NCBI GenBank assembly: GCA_002633005.1
Contig: NMRA01000218.1
Span: forward strand, 533,909 to 597,908
Length of the DNA stretch: 64,000 nt
Direction of reading: 5' to 3'
DNA from: Phoronis australis
Taxonomy: Eukaryota; Animalia; Phoronida
The notes beneath the pieces are model-generated. The model did no database searches. It was given only the letters and a program-made list of their open reading frames with translations, and was not told the origin of the DNA. Shown here piece by piece: positions 27,501 to 42,500 of the stretch (position 1 is its first letter; every line of letters begins with the position of its first letter). Position numbers and translations under genes: made by a program.

Positions 27501-30500
27501 TAACCCAATTCTCAAATTTGTTTCATTGGTGGTAATGTTTTTATATAATATGCTCCCAGCTTTTATGCTCTCAAGGAATTAGTCTGTGGTATGACAATGG
27601 TAAAACTTGTTCTGACAATGGTAAAATGTGAAGCCTGTATTTATGAACTTCTGTGACTGTTGATTGTATTTAATGGCTTGGAGTCGATTTATTGAAAAAG
27701 CCATTCGATCCAATGTTATGATACCTTTCAGTGGTTGTAATAGTATCCGAACAATGGCAAACAATACTGGCAAAATACATAGGTTCTGGCTGGTTATTCA
27801 GGGCTATTGAAGGCCAATGTATTGATTCTAACTGTTCCCCTGTATGTCGCAGCCTAATGTTGGTCAGAAATAGGCGTCCCTCGGTGCGCGTCTAGATCGA
27901 CTCTCCAATTTTATGTTTGCGTTTGGGCTTTGTTGTGGTAAAGGTGAGCAGTGTTTGGTATTATTGCTCTAATGTTTGATGAAGTCTTTGGAGAGTTTTG
28001 GGTCACAGTGACATTTTGTCTGCTATCAGTGTCAAGTTCTGGTTTCAGTCGGATTTTACTGTAAGTGCTAGTGTTTACCAGCTAGAGTTTACCTTGCCTA
28101 GGTGTGCTTGTGTGAGTGTGTGTGTGGTGGTGTTAAGGAGACCAAGCCTTAGCTATTGATTATGAGCTTGTTGTCGGCAAGGCCTCAAGCTGACAAGCTT
28201 ATGTATCGGAGTACATGCAAAGATCATTAAGGCTCACGGCAAAATCTCATCAAAAATAATAGCCAAATTCTCCCTTTTGTATTACTGAAGATCTTCCAAC
28301 AGTGTCATATGATAGCTGTGGTACACAACTTGAGCGTGAAGAATAATTATATTGGTGCTATATATCTTTCATGAAAAAATCAGGTAATGAAATTTCACTT
28401 GTCAGCCATTTTGCATCCTAACTGTTGATATTTTAACTGCTTAAGATCAAATATATGTGGAATTTACAGTAAATTAACTCCCATTAGTGGGACACGGACA
28501 AAGTTCTGGGCGGGTCCCAAATGATCTAGTTCGTGCACTTAGCGGTTCACAAAAGTCACATTTTTCCTGACTAAAATTTTTGCTTGGATCTCCCACTTAC
28601 AGGAGTCCGCTCATTTGGTTATTATGGTGTTCCCTGAATGTGAACTTGCAGGAGCTATCTGAAGACAAGAGTCAATGTATGAGGATGAGAAAAGTTTTTA
28701 GTGTTCTACATGTACAATGCAGCTCTGTGGATGAACTTCTGATATGACACGTGGTTTGAAATGTCAGCAAGGAACTTGTAACTTGTTAAGGCTTTGCAAG
28801 TGAACCCAAGGGTCTTTCCAATAAATGCCTGCTTCTAGATACGTCACATTGATTCTTTGTCATCCAAGCACCCCCATGTTCTTCTTTGTCCATTTAGAAG
28901 TCAAAAAAGATTACAGTAGTCTTATTACTCGTTTATTTATTAGCATCATCTGGTGAATATACCGTAGGCCATGTCAAGTTGCTGGACCTGAGATAGGTGA
29001 AAAAGTCGGCTAAGATTTAAATCAAACGGAACTATGTTTTTGCATCAAAATAATTTTTGATTTTTGATCATGGTACAAAGTATACCCAAACCACACATCG
29101 TTGAATTCTCTATAAATTAATTGCGAAACATTTAATCGGGATCCCAGAAAAAATCTGACTTGTATCTAGATCAAATATCATGATTTCTTTCGATGTGTAA
29201 CATACTAAAAATTGATTTAATTTCAATTTTAGCCGCTTTATTCACCAAACTTGGGCTCAAGATACAGCTGGCTACTCAAGACATTTCCTGCTTTCAATGC
29301 TGAGGTTCTGATTGTTCGTTTTGCATCAACAAACTGGTTGACTATTGTTATGGGAACATGTAACAAAGTCAATGCTTCGCTGTTAAATCCACCTCTAACT
29401 CCCGAATAAACCCATGCTGTCAACTTGTATTTAAGATTGAAGTTAAGTGTTCCCATTCACCGAGACTTTGGTATCACAGAAATTTTGAAGTTTTGGAGCC
29501 AGTAGAAAAGGCCTTTTAGAAATATTCCTACATTGGATAGGTTTTTAATGCTGTGGTTATAGGCGTATTAAATAATCAATAAATCATTAGTTTTTGCTTC
29601 TGTCAAAATCCAAATTTGGGTTTAGGCCTCACACTGTTATAAAGCCGGTCTCATTATTATTTACTAAAATTAAAAAAGATTTATATGTTTGAGAAGAACT
29701 GACAGGTCATTATGGTTTCAGTCCTCGCCCATTAAGTGCAGGGTGTCATGGTGGGTAATCGATTCAGTTGCCATTTGAAGCGGTGTGGCCATCAATAGAA
29801 GTTTAGGAGCTTTATTTTTTCCACTTTCAATCCAGTCGAAGGATTTTGAGAAGGCGATGACATTGGTTTGAAAGAGCAAATACGCCTGTGAAGTAGTTTG
29901 TGTTTTTGGCACCAGAGCCCGGGCATGCTGTATGGCGGCTTCATGTCAGGCCAACTGTGAACCATGTTTTGATTTGTATTTGGTTCTAATGGAGCTGTAT
30001 TGAACTGGACAGGTTTGATAAATTTGAGGTCTTAGTCGAGCCCAAAAGTGTCATGCTTCTTGAATTGAGATATCGTACTTTGTACTGAGACATACCGTAA
30101 TGAGTATGGTATATTGAAAACACCGGAGCAGCAACAACCTGTTGCTAAGTCTCCCTCCCTCACTTGAATACAGTAGGAAATGTCTGGGAATATTCTGGCT
30201 GACTGAAGGTTTACAGTTAGCAATGTGTTGCCAGTCATAACAGTATACATTCACTCTAATAAGATTATGCATTGGTCCCCTCTAACCATCTGACCAGTGG
30301 CTATTATGTCCACACTGCCGTGTGTACTTGTCTGGTCTGGGCTGAATAGAAACTGTTCCCAGGTAAACACAGGGCTGTTCATTCTCTGTGTTTGTCCACT
30401 AGGTACATGTGATCTATTGGCTGCAGGTGTTACCCGCCCCTGATTTTTGAGTTCCCCAGTTTCAAGGTACCTGAACTACACTGTTAACGGACTCATAAAC

Positions 30501-33500
30501 ACGGTCACGAACGCATGAGCACGACTCACGGACCTGCAAACACCGTCCACTGAGTTTAAGCACCTTGATCATATTAACCTGAATGAGTACAATATGTCTA
30601 TTTCTTATGTTGTGACAGAAATGAAAAATTAGAATTCTTTGATGTTAGATTTACAGTTGAGTTTTGGTTTTCTATTTCTAACTTGATTGCTTCTTGTGCA
30701 TGGTTAGATGTGATATCCTGACTCATTACCTGGAGGCATGGCACTGCTAATCTCATGGGTAAATGAATCTCAGCCTGTGTATTGTTCCGATAACAGGAAT
30801 TCATTCATTGCCAGGTAGCCAGAGAGAAATTGGCTTAGGACTCACAAAAAGGTTACACTGCAACTCTCTTGTGTACCTGGGTTATTGATTACAAAATAAC
30901 AGCAACTCAATATTGATCAAGTTCCCAGCCTCGTGGGGTTATCTTATTTTGTGACTGTTCTTGGTATAGTACACCAACTTAATTTCATAAAAACCTACGA
31001 AAGAAACCTGAAGTACATTCATAGGTTACTGGAGCCAAATGGCTTTAATTTTGACAGATGATGAAACTATTATTGAATTTTGAAATTTCTGGTTACATCA
31101 GTAGTGAAAATGCCATTTTATAAGGATTCCATGGTTTTGTTACTTAGTTTAAAGGAAACATGTTGAGTGATTGACTACTACCGGTAGTTCAATTAGTTGG
31201 TCTAGTCGACTCCATATACCGTAAACGTTCGGGTTAACACCCTAGGCGTTTAAATTGGTAAACCCAAAAAATCGTGGGTGGTCGGTAAACCTGACATGGG
31301 CGCTTAAACGTGAAATTTCAAGAAATCCAGGGTGGGCGGTTAACCGAACATGGACGCTTATTACGACAGACAACAGATCTGGGTGGTTAATCTTACCTCG
31401 TGATCTAAGTCCCCACACGACAGACGTACTCGGGAACGTGTAGCACTTTTCAAAGCGCTTTATCGTCACGTCTCCAAATGACGGTAAAAACTTCATAACA
31501 GCGGATGATCCCAACAAAGGTTCTGTTGCCCTCAGATTAGTCATTCACAATTAAATTTAAAAAATTGCTAAGTAATAGACCCGTGCCATCCTGTGGTCTT
31601 GTTAGTTTGTTAGAACTGTAGTGCGCAGACGACAAGTGACCACGCAGCGCTCCACTTGGATTGCAAGCGGTGACACTGCAAAAGAGTACGCGCGTGCAAG
31701 CTTCATGTGTTGCAGAGGTCACAGCTGACATCAAGGTTACAGTCCCGTGCTAGCTTTCAAGTTAGAGTCAGATGCAGTTTTAAAATTAGTTGTAAGAAAA
31801 ACTAATTCAAGTGTTTTTGTGTTTGAGATATTTGAAGTCGACACTCTTGACTCAATAACATTTTCACTTCCCGTTGCGCGAAACATGCTTGGGCAAGAAG
31901 TAAGACAAGAATCTCGATAGATGCGGTGATGGGGGTGGGGGACATTGTAGTGATTGCGGCCTGCTTAGGGGTACCAAAAAGCCTGAATCTGATGCTTTGG
32001 ATAATAAATAAAACGGAATTCTTGCAGTGGTGTATTGTTGAATACAATAATTGAATAAGATCGAATTAAATAGCCTAGTCTGTGTTATGTTTAAAGTAAA
32101 GCTGTTACAGAAGATCTCCTAGTCTACCATAACTGTGTTCAGAAAGTTGCAAGATGGTATCGGTACTCTTTAGATAAGAACTGACCAGCAGTTTGTTGTT
32201 TCAGGATTCGAATGCTCTTGATAATTTATCTGCTTCCAACATTTTTACTAGATGCTTGCAATTATAGCTTCATAGGGTACTGGCATGTACAAGATTCAAA
32301 ATGACCTCCACTGTCAAAAATGAAATATCCTCTTTGTACTATATTTGGATGTTAAACGTAAACTATAAAAAGAGACTTCTATAATAATGATGAAAAAACA
32401 GTATATGTGAAACGGAAACAAAATGGTTGTAAATTTCTACAAAATGTATAATTAAGATGAAGAAGGCAATAGCTGTGAGAAGCGCTTTTGGTTTATAATG
32501 TAAATGTAAGTTTTGGACTCATGAGACTTGTCATTGCATATTTCAGGATCAGGGAAGTCTGTGAAGTCCTCCCGTGCACCTAGGTCACGTCACAACTCTC
32601 GGGGATCCACGGTAACAGAAGCAAACCAGTCACATCAGAGCTCCCGGAGAACTAGCCTTACCGATGTGGATTTAGATACCCCGCGCACTGACATCACAGA
32701 GCAAAGCTACATACAGGATATAACCACCATGAGTGATTCGTCAATCAAACGGTCAAACATGTATGCTGACCTGGTTCGGCAACAGTTACATAACGGTGAT
32801 AGAGACAATGATGCGAGCTCGCTGAAGTCTGATCGCAGTGGTTATTCGCAACGCAGCGAACGTAGTCTCATCTCTGACAAGTACCAGGGGGAAGGAGATA
32901 AACTATACAATGGCCAGGAACTGAGGGGGCACAACAGTAAACAGAGTAGCCGCGCTCCGAGTGGAGCGGCCAGTCTCAACGGAGAGGGGCGGGGAAGTGG
33001 TCCACACACACCCCAGGGGAGCCAGCAGGGAAGTCGAGCGCCTAGTGTCCATGAGAATGGGAGCCGACAGGGTAGTGTGCGTGGAGAGGAACTATCTATA
33101 GCTGGTAGTCTTCATAGTAACGGCCAGATGAGCAACCATGGCAGTCGGGCTTCCAGTGTTGTGGATCAGCCGCATAGTACTCAAGGGAGTCGCCCTGCCA
33201 GTGGGTATGATAGGGTTAGTAACCAAGGGAGCCGTGCTCCTAGTGTTCAGGATGAAAGGGTCAGTAACCAGGGGAGTCGTGCTCCCAGCATTCGTGATGA
33301 GAGAGTTAGCAACCAAGGGAGTCGGGCACCGAGTGTTCATGATGAACGGATTAGTAACCAGGGAAGTCGGGCTCCGAGCATTCGTGATGACAGAGTTAGC
33401 AACCAAGGGAGTCGGGCTCCCAGTGTTCATGATGAAAGGATTAGTAACCAGGGGAGTCGTGCTCCGAGCATTCATGATGACAGAGTTAGCAACCAAGGGA

Positions 33501-36500
33501 GTAGGGCTCCGAGTGTTCATGATGAACGGATTAGTAACCAGGGAAGCCGTGCTCCGAGCATTCGTGATGACGCAGTTAGCAACCAAGGGAGTCGGGCACG
33601 GAGTGTTCATGATGAAAGGGTTAGTAACCAGGGAAGTCGGGCTCCGAGCATTCGTGATGACACAGTTAGTAACCAAGGAAGTCGGGCACCAAGCGTGTAT
33701 GATGATAGAGTGAGCAACCAAGGGAGTCGTGTTCCGAGCATTCGTGATGACAGAGTTAGTAACCAAGGGAGTCGGGCTCCTAGTGTGTATGATGACATGG
33801 GTAGTCAACAAGGAAGTAGAGCTCCCAGCGTACATGAAAGTAACCAAGGTCACCATGGAAGCCGTGGACAGACTCCAAACAGTTTTCATAGTAGTAGGGT
33901 TGGAAGTGTTCACGAGGGGAGTATGCGTGCTACTGTTAACGGAGACTCGTATGGCCAGCGGGGCAGTGGTGTAGATGGATTTTACGAGGACAGCCGAGCT
34001 GAGAGTGTTAACGGAAGCATCACCGGTGCCCAGTCCAGTCGAGCTGGCAGCGTTCGTAATGAAGAGACACAGAGTAGACCAGGCAGTCATCCTGAAGGTG
34101 GCACTAACAATCGCCCGCCTAGTGCAGGCAGTGGTCGTCCTCCCAGTAATATCCCTGTACGAACCAATAACGACACACGCTCACCCATTGGACCACCCCA
34201 ATATTCCAGTCGACCGGGCAGTATCGCTAGTAGTGAACGGGAATTGAATCAATTCTTTGAAGCTGACAACCGCTACAACATGCACCGTCAAAGTCCGCAT
34301 ACGTTCACAGACCAGCTACCTGATGATCTGAGACACTCAGGCACAACGAGTCTGCCTGTACTGTCCTCACAAAGGTCTCAGACTCAAGAAAAGCGTAGCT
34401 ACACCCCAGACACGTACACTCGCTCGTTGGGCCCTCATCAACCCAAGGTTCAGAGTCCTTTGGTGACCTCGCGAACTTTGCCCCTGCCGAGGTCAGGCTC
34501 TCAAACGGCAACACCAGTAGCAATGAATGGGGATGAGGTAAATGATTGTCAAGCGCATTTGAAACTTATCTTTAAACTTGTACAACACTGGTGGTAGTTG
34601 TATGCACAAAGTGTCAAGTTCTTGTACAATTGTCATAGTAATATAAAAATTCTGTCAAAATACCAGTTGCAAACGTATCAGTTTGCTGCTCAGTCCTAAG
34701 GAGATTTTGGCATGTGGTGCATATTAAAAAACCAATAGTCAACTTGTTTTGTGAATGTTGGGGAGTCCTGTGGAATATTGGCTAAAGACTCCTCAAGTTT
34801 GTTTTGGAAGTTTTGTCTTGAAATACGAGTTTTCCCATACTGATAAATGTTTGGCACAATAGTAGGAAAGTTATCCAGTTAAGCAAACACAAGGCTGACT
34901 TTTGTACCAATTTACTTTGAAATTGGTACCCATATTTTGGAAGGATCAATAAAATTACCATTAAAGGCTGTTCTCTGTAAAATGTCATCTTAACACTGAC
35001 TGCATGGAGTCAGTCAAATGCAAATGATGGTCTTACCTAGATTGTAGTTCGCTTAGCCTGTTACTACTTGGTCCCATTCCAATTTTTGAGATTGTACTTA
35101 GAACTACCTTGGTGTTACTGGTCCCCAAATATAGTATCAATAGGAAAATTTTGATTTCAAATCATATTCATAGTGTGCAGCCTAAACGCGCGTGTTGCGG
35201 TATTTGTGAGCGGTGCGTTGAGGATAAGCAGCTTCTAGTGACGAAGGAGATGTAGTTCATAAGAATACTGTGTATTTACTAATCATTTTTCCCGTAATGT
35301 AACAGTCATCTTTGCACTGTCAGATGCTTCCATTTTGCTGATATATGCTATGGTTGTGAGTGTACGTGCATATAGTGAGGTCTTGGGTTACGCAAGCAAT
35401 ATCATACTCACAAGAGACTAGCCCACTAACCTCAGATCTGGTTTTGCCTTAACTGAAGTTGGTGGATTATGCTGTTGTTGTTATTGTAGTTGTACAAACC
35501 CTTGGGGATCACCTGTTTTCTCTCACCTCATTGATTGGGCAGTAAATTACTTCGGATCAGCCAGTAATCAATGGATTAGGCCAACATTTAGAGTCATCCA
35601 CTTAGCAGAACAATGTCCACGTAGAACATAATGGAGTGATTGTTTTGCCAATAATCATTTGTAAGTGTCTTGTATTAGAAGCTGTGGTTGTGTCCTGGTG
35701 TGGAGGTTTACGTTCCTTTCTTTTTCCCTGGTATGTGATTGTACTTCAAGCTTCAGTAGTTATTTACTTTGAAGGTTTCGAATCCTGTTTCTGGAAACTG
35801 TACTGGGTTCACATGAAGGCATTGCACTTCTTAATTGCTTCTTTTCCAGGAACCGGAGTCTAATCTTTTTACTTGTGATAAAACTTTTTTTCGTGAATGC
35901 GGGATGAGTGTCCATTATTCTGCTGTTCTCAATTATATTATGGTTTATGCAAATGAGATTCTTATCAAGTTCGTGCTTGATGACCCCTAGATACATGCTA
36001 AAAGCTCATAGTAGGACTCGAAATTTCGAGTTCAAACTTGAAGTTTCAGCCTTAATGCTGGAATCGTGAAGTGTTAGCTAGGATTGGACATTCATACTCA
36101 TAAGCCATAGAATTACAAACACTACCTTGTGTGAAATAAAACGAAAAATGCCAAAAATAACCTTTAGTAAAAAGATGATACACCAGTGACCTGTGCCCAG
36201 GTTGTTATTTAGAGACATATCATTCACCAGATAGTCACCAGATGGCACTCATTACAGTTTACATGTTTTACTACTTGATGAGAGATACCAACTTTACCAT
36301 GAACCTTAACTTGCAGAGGTGTTGCTGTTGTTTTTGTGGTTGTAGCTGATGTATGACTTGCATTGTAGGATGACAGTGCTGTGGCCACTTTGAAGAAGCT
36401 GTTGGCCAACAGGGACGTGGAGGCGCGTAGTTTACACCAGGAGATTGATATACTCAAGCAGCAACTGCGTACTTTGAATGAGAGCAGTAACCTGAAGTTT

Positions 36501-39500
36501 GCCAACAAACCTGACGTGAGTTTCTGTCTCTATAAATTGTGCTGATTGGGATGTAATGAGTTTTGGGTGCTAGTCTATTGCAGGGGTTCCTGTGGATTGA
36601 GAACCAGTTTGATGCACTTAATTTGGTGGAGGAAACTGGTTCTGAAAATCTGGGATCTCAGTAAGAGTGTGGGTCAATTTCTGTAAGGTCGGCGCACTTG
36701 ATACGATTATTTTTGCAGGGCCGTGTGATTTTCTGGTGCGTCAAGTTGCCGTGTGTGGTGAACCAGCGCACATGATATATTTTTTTGTGACCGAGGTGCC
36801 TAGCGGTAGCTTCTTGTCCTGTTGTGAAATTAAACAACTAGTCAGTTAGGAACTAGCATGCGGAATAGCGCGTACTTTTCGTGTCTAGCTCAAGTGTCAA
36901 TTGGTGCCACGCTTGAGCATTCAATTTTCGGTCATATCTAAAGTCCTGTTTGTCTATTTTGGCCCTTGCATCTAGCGTACATGGTACAAGGCACAATATG
37001 ATGTTTTTCGATCAGGCATGTTTGATATTCTCCGAAAATATAGGCAACATTGTTGTCGTTGAAAATCTATTGCATGTGCAGGGCTTTTAGATGTTAATGC
37101 CTCGTTGTTAATAAACTGTGTTTATGAATTCTTTCTCAAGTTCTCCTTTCTCTCAAATTTCACTATTTTCTGATATTTCTCGATGTTTCGAATTTGAGAC
37201 CATTCTGGTTGCGATCAAGCCTAAAAGTTGACAGCCTGAGTGGACTCTTGTCATTGTTTTAAATAGAGTGCGGTGCTGTATGCAATGTTGTTTCAGAGTG
37301 TCGTGGTCATGTCAGAACCAAAATGCTATCTCCCATTTACCAAGCATCAAAATGGCAATAACTATTCAGTTAACTGACTTGAACAAGACATAAGTCAATA
37401 ACCTAATGACCAAAATACAATGGGCCAGCTGACATAGCATGCACGAACAAGAGAATGGTTATGAATCAATGAACACAGGCTTTTGAATGCTGTTCATGGC
37501 TCACCTTATTGTATGAAAGAATGGTTTTGTCATGTATGCTGTTGTTTTAACCTTCACATCAGTAATAGTCACTTACAAGGGACCTCCCCCCTCGCAATTT
37601 GAGAACCAGTTTTGTCCACTGAATAACAGGCATCAAACTGGTTCTCAAAATCCTTGAGACCTGTACGTGGTGTATTGCCAATATGTCAGCCTTGTTTGCG
37701 CTAAAGGTTCATTTGGTGTTAGAAAATCAGCTATTTGAAGCAGATTATTTGAAATAGAAATCAGATGACTGAAATTCCAGGAGTGGCAGCAAAATACTAA
37801 TATTGGGTGTAGTATTAATAACCAAATTAAATTCCTAATAGTCCTGATAGAACACTGAATGGCCTAGTTGTGTTTTGCCTCTTTTTACCTCCTTGAAATG
37901 ATGAATCAATAGTATTGAAACTTCTACTCACATTGACTTAATAGTAAAATAAACAGCAAGACTGGAATGCCAGCCAAGTGAATGCATGTAGTTTACCAGT
38001 TCACCAACAGGTGAAAATGCCAGTACAGACTGAGTATAAAAGGTTCAGTAAAACATGGAACATCTTGACTGATTATTAAGTACTTCAAAACACTCCCCAG
38101 TATCATTTCTGGAGATAAATTTTTTAATGTGATTGTAATAGGGATGTGTGCGAGTTGTTATTTGAGGTTCAATGCGAGACTGTGATATGTTTGACACCAA
38201 ATCCTATGATTTCAACATATCGACTTTTGGCCCTGTTTGAGGTAATTGGCCGTTACTTCAGGTGGACCGTATGTACAATGATGTTCTGAAGGAGAAAGAG
38301 AATTTGGAAACGGAAGTTTGGAAGTTGAAGCAAGAGATTGACCAGCTGAGGACTGGCGGGACAGACAATGGTAACCATGGTGATGCACTCAACAACTTCA
38401 GCAGAAACAGTCCCAATGTTCTGCAACGAAAAATAGGTAGGTCTAAGCGTTCAGATAACACTGAAGTCTGGATTAATTAAAAAAAAAAAATGTGACCAAA
38501 ATTTCTTTTGCGACTGACAAATGCATTTCATTGCATCATTATAGGCACTGCTGTTCAAACTTTAGGGTAGCGTTTCCTTTTTATTGTAGAAATCTCATTA
38601 ACCAAGTTTAATCATATTTTGTCATATTTTGGTGACATGTTAGTCTCACGAAAAGATTTGCTGCCTGACTTATACAAAACAGCATGTCTTTAGATAATTG
38701 TCTAGAGGCTTGGTTTAGATTACAAATTTTTAGTTGAAGTTGGTTATCAGTGATTGTGAAGTCTACTTTGTAACTTTCAGAGGATCTCGAGAGCCAAATT
38801 CAAGATCTACAGGAGGCCAATGAAACTGCTGTAGCGGAGATTTCAAATCTGGAAAAAGTGAATAGGGAGCAGCAAGAGGAATTAGAAAGTTTGAAGACAG
38901 CCAACAACTTAAACCTGGAGGACCTGCAGAACGAGAATCAGCGACTACGAGACCAGGTGAGCTGTTGTCGAGTGGTGGTTCGGTTTAAACTTGAAGTTGG
39001 CCGGGAATCAAATTTTATTGCTTTTAAGATCATGACTCTAATTTGCAGTTGCAGCTGCAGTATTATATGCAATTCGTTTTGGTTCGCTCAGACATTTTGT
39101 TGTGGCTATGTTTCAACATGGTAAGGTATGGTCAAGTTTACATTTCTTTTCTAATAGAGAAGAAAAATCCAAATTAATTAAATTATTTGATTTCTAACCT
39201 CATTGTGCAAACAACTCTTGCAAAAGATGTTCATAGGATTTTTCCTCTTTGCATGACCACTGATATGTCTGTCCTCTGATTGACTAAAATGCAATGTGGT
39301 GACTTCCATTACAAGGTGCCCGTCCTTCATTTAAGCCAACCAGACAGCAGATATCACTGTTTGTGAACGAACTGACCAATTACAGGCTACGGAAACCTCT
39401 GGCCATGTTAACAAAGCAAGCAGATGATAGTGAAATAAGAGGAAACGAGCGTCTGTGATTGTGTAGTAAAACAAATTTTGACCGATCTCATGGGAACGTC

Positions 39501-42500
39501 TGGCTGTATGCACAATAACCTGATAGTGCCTTAAGAAGCGGTCTATACTTGCATTATTTGTGATAAATAGCCACGTTATCACACGTCCATTAATCCCATT
39601 TCCTGTTGTCGCCCGAGCAGATTGATCAGATGAACGAGCAGCATACCAACATACTTCTGAACGAGGACAGTAGCGACGACGTGATGCAGCTGCGCAGTGA
39701 CATCCAACAGATGCGCATTGACCTGAGAGCGCTACGCGAGAAGAATCACCACTTGAAGGAGGAGAATATCAGACTTAGAGAGGACAACCACGATCTGAGG
39801 CGAGGCACGTGGAAGCCAGGCAGTGGGAGATTGAACGACACTCAGAACTCAGGTAAGATGGTTTAGTGAAAGGTTCAAGATCTTGGCAGTTGTTGTAATG
39901 ATTTTTTTTTCACGTTTTCGTTATTTCCAGTTTTGTTTTAGCATTGAGTAAAAATGAATTGTTCGATCATCACGCATCTGAGAGTCCTATTTAAAGTTGC
40001 ATTTTACCCTGTTTAGCTAGATAAAAAACAAAAATTTGGATCTTTTATTCTTCTGAAATTGGTGTTATAATATTCCTTACCGTGATTAGATTCTGCTTCC
40101 GTTACGAACAAGAACATGGAAACCATCAACGAGTCACGTGTGGTTGGAGTTTATTGGGTTGGTCAACCCTTAAATTGTGAATTCAACTGTGGCGCATAAG
40201 ATTTGAGTCGGAAAACAGAAATAGAATCTCATCACTACAAGGAATATCATGGGGCCCATTTTATGAGAGTAATTTGAGTTTATGTTGTCAGAGCCGGAAA
40301 GCTTACTTTTTTGGTCGTTTACCAGGCGATAGAATGGAAACAATGGACAGGACAGAACAGTTTCGTAAGGAGAGGAACGCGGCCCTGGATGAAGTGCGCA
40401 CGCTACGCGACCAACTGTATGAACTCAAGAAGGAGAAGACAAATACATCACCACCAATGTACTCTGATCACGTGACTTCGTACCTGGAGCAGCAAGACTC
40501 GTATCTCAGACCTGACGACCGAGTGGCTGGGAAATACAGAACTCCGAGCAAATGGGACGGTGAGGGAGATAATTTACTGTACATGAGAAAAGCTGTTTTG
40601 TGCTTTAAGTAGATTTTGGTAACTTTGGTTGCTACTCCTGTTGTCTGTTTTCTTTTTATTTCCCAGCTCTGTTTTGATTTAATCCATTTTATTTTACTTG
40701 TGTCGATTTACGTTTTTGGCATAATTTGAGCTTCAGTTACGTGTGTACGCGTCATGCTTTTTGTGTCTTCGCGATTAATAACAAGTGGTTTGATTCTGTT
40801 CTGTTCTGTTCTGTTGTTTGCTGCTTGTTTGAAGCTGACCCTGACCTGCCTTGCCCTCCCGCAGGTCCACAAATTTATCCAGAGCACAACATCAGTCCAA
40901 CAGGCTCTGATAAAAGTGACTCCACTGCCCTGCTGATGACTGGCTTCGGCCAGGCTCCAGTCATCGGCGAAAACTTTGGGATTGACTTACCCGATGTGAT
41001 CGAGGAAGAGCCGTCTCCCAGAGGAAGTTCAAAAGGTTAGAGGTCAAAAAGTCACTTGCACTCTTTGTCAATTTGGAGCCCTGAAATTTAGTTCCTCAAC
41101 AAAAAGTGTTCATGGTTGTTTAGATAAGTCGATGACTAAATCCTGGTTTTGTGTGCATGATATATTTTGTTTTCTATTTGTTTTCATGTTTATTTCTATG
41201 TGCATGCTGGTGTTGAAGTGAAATAGTGTTGTAAACATCGTTTTTGAAGTTTGTTGATATCCCATTGTAACCCTTTGTGCAGGAGAACAGAACACGACTA
41301 TTGCCAAACATGCCTCACAAGCCAACTTATAAATTGAACTGTTGAGCTCTATAACATAGACCACATTATTTTTCTACTGTATTTTTCACTCGTTGATACA
41401 TTAATATTTTGCAATTTTTCGTCACAGGAGATGTTGCCATTTTGATCGCAATAATTGAAAAGTGCCTTCCACATGAAGACACAATCACATTTATACAAAG
41501 GGTCCTAGGTAATAACATGTCTAACAAAACCAAAACAGTTGCAGTAGCTGCTGGTTGGTGATTGTATTTAGTAGCGCCACATGTTGACTTAGATTAGAAC
41601 TACAGTTGATGCTGTTGTGTGATGTCACCAACTGAATGCTACTGTCATGTGTTCTTTTGGCTGCAAACACTGATGATAGTTAAGTAGGTGCACATCTAAA
41701 TAACATTTAAAAATTGCCTTTGCTCTGACTTATCTAATAGTTGTGACTTGTATAGAGTCATACATTCACGAATGTTCGCTGAATTTCGCTCACAAAGCAT
41801 ACTGCTAGACACTCTTGGGTCAACCCTCACGCTCATCACCTCGTTTGGCATGTGTCCACTAATGTTCTGTTTTCCTGTTGACACGTCTCTCTGTCCTGTT
41901 CATGTACGTGTGCGTGTTCCCCGACAGGTCACCATAAGTACGGTTTGTATGATGATGACGTGGTTAGCCTGTCCACCACAACCACCGAGTTACTCCAACC
42001 GACTAACAAATACGCCTCACTGCCCAACTTGACAACGGCACCGAGGGTACATAGTGATGTCATAGGTAAATTAATGTAGTGTTGTCTGTGTGTGTGTCTG
42101 TGTTCTGTGTGTTGTGCATTCTTTGAGTTGTCACGGTAACACTGCCTTGTGTCACATTTCATGTGCAACTAAGCGCTCTCGATATTCTGGTAAAAATTCT
42201 CCTGTTTCGGACAATCTCTATAATTTGAGACATAGAAAAGCAAGCCAAATTTTCTTGAGTCTGAAAATTGTGACGTGTGATTTTGGCGCTCATTGTGTCA
42301 AATATCAGACACTGCGTTTTGTATCAACAGAGTCTGACTTATATTAGCAATTATAAAGTCGTCGAAATGACTTGTTCAGGCAACAAGTTCACGCGTCCAC
42401 ATAGTGCGTAACATCGAGGTGAATGATTGTTTGTTGTTAATTGCAGTTTTTGAGCTTGGGAAGGCTATTGTCCACTTCTAAAATTTGATACAAGCTCCGA

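Noticed and set aside
33206-33835. CRISPR-like regular repeat array
   Set aside because: Contiguous units with no unique spacers, in frame within a eukaryotic exon.
33092-34090. 332-aa antisense ORF and alternative-frame ORFs over the repeat
   Set aside because: Shadow frames of the 45-nt coding repeat, with no independent splice or domain evidence.
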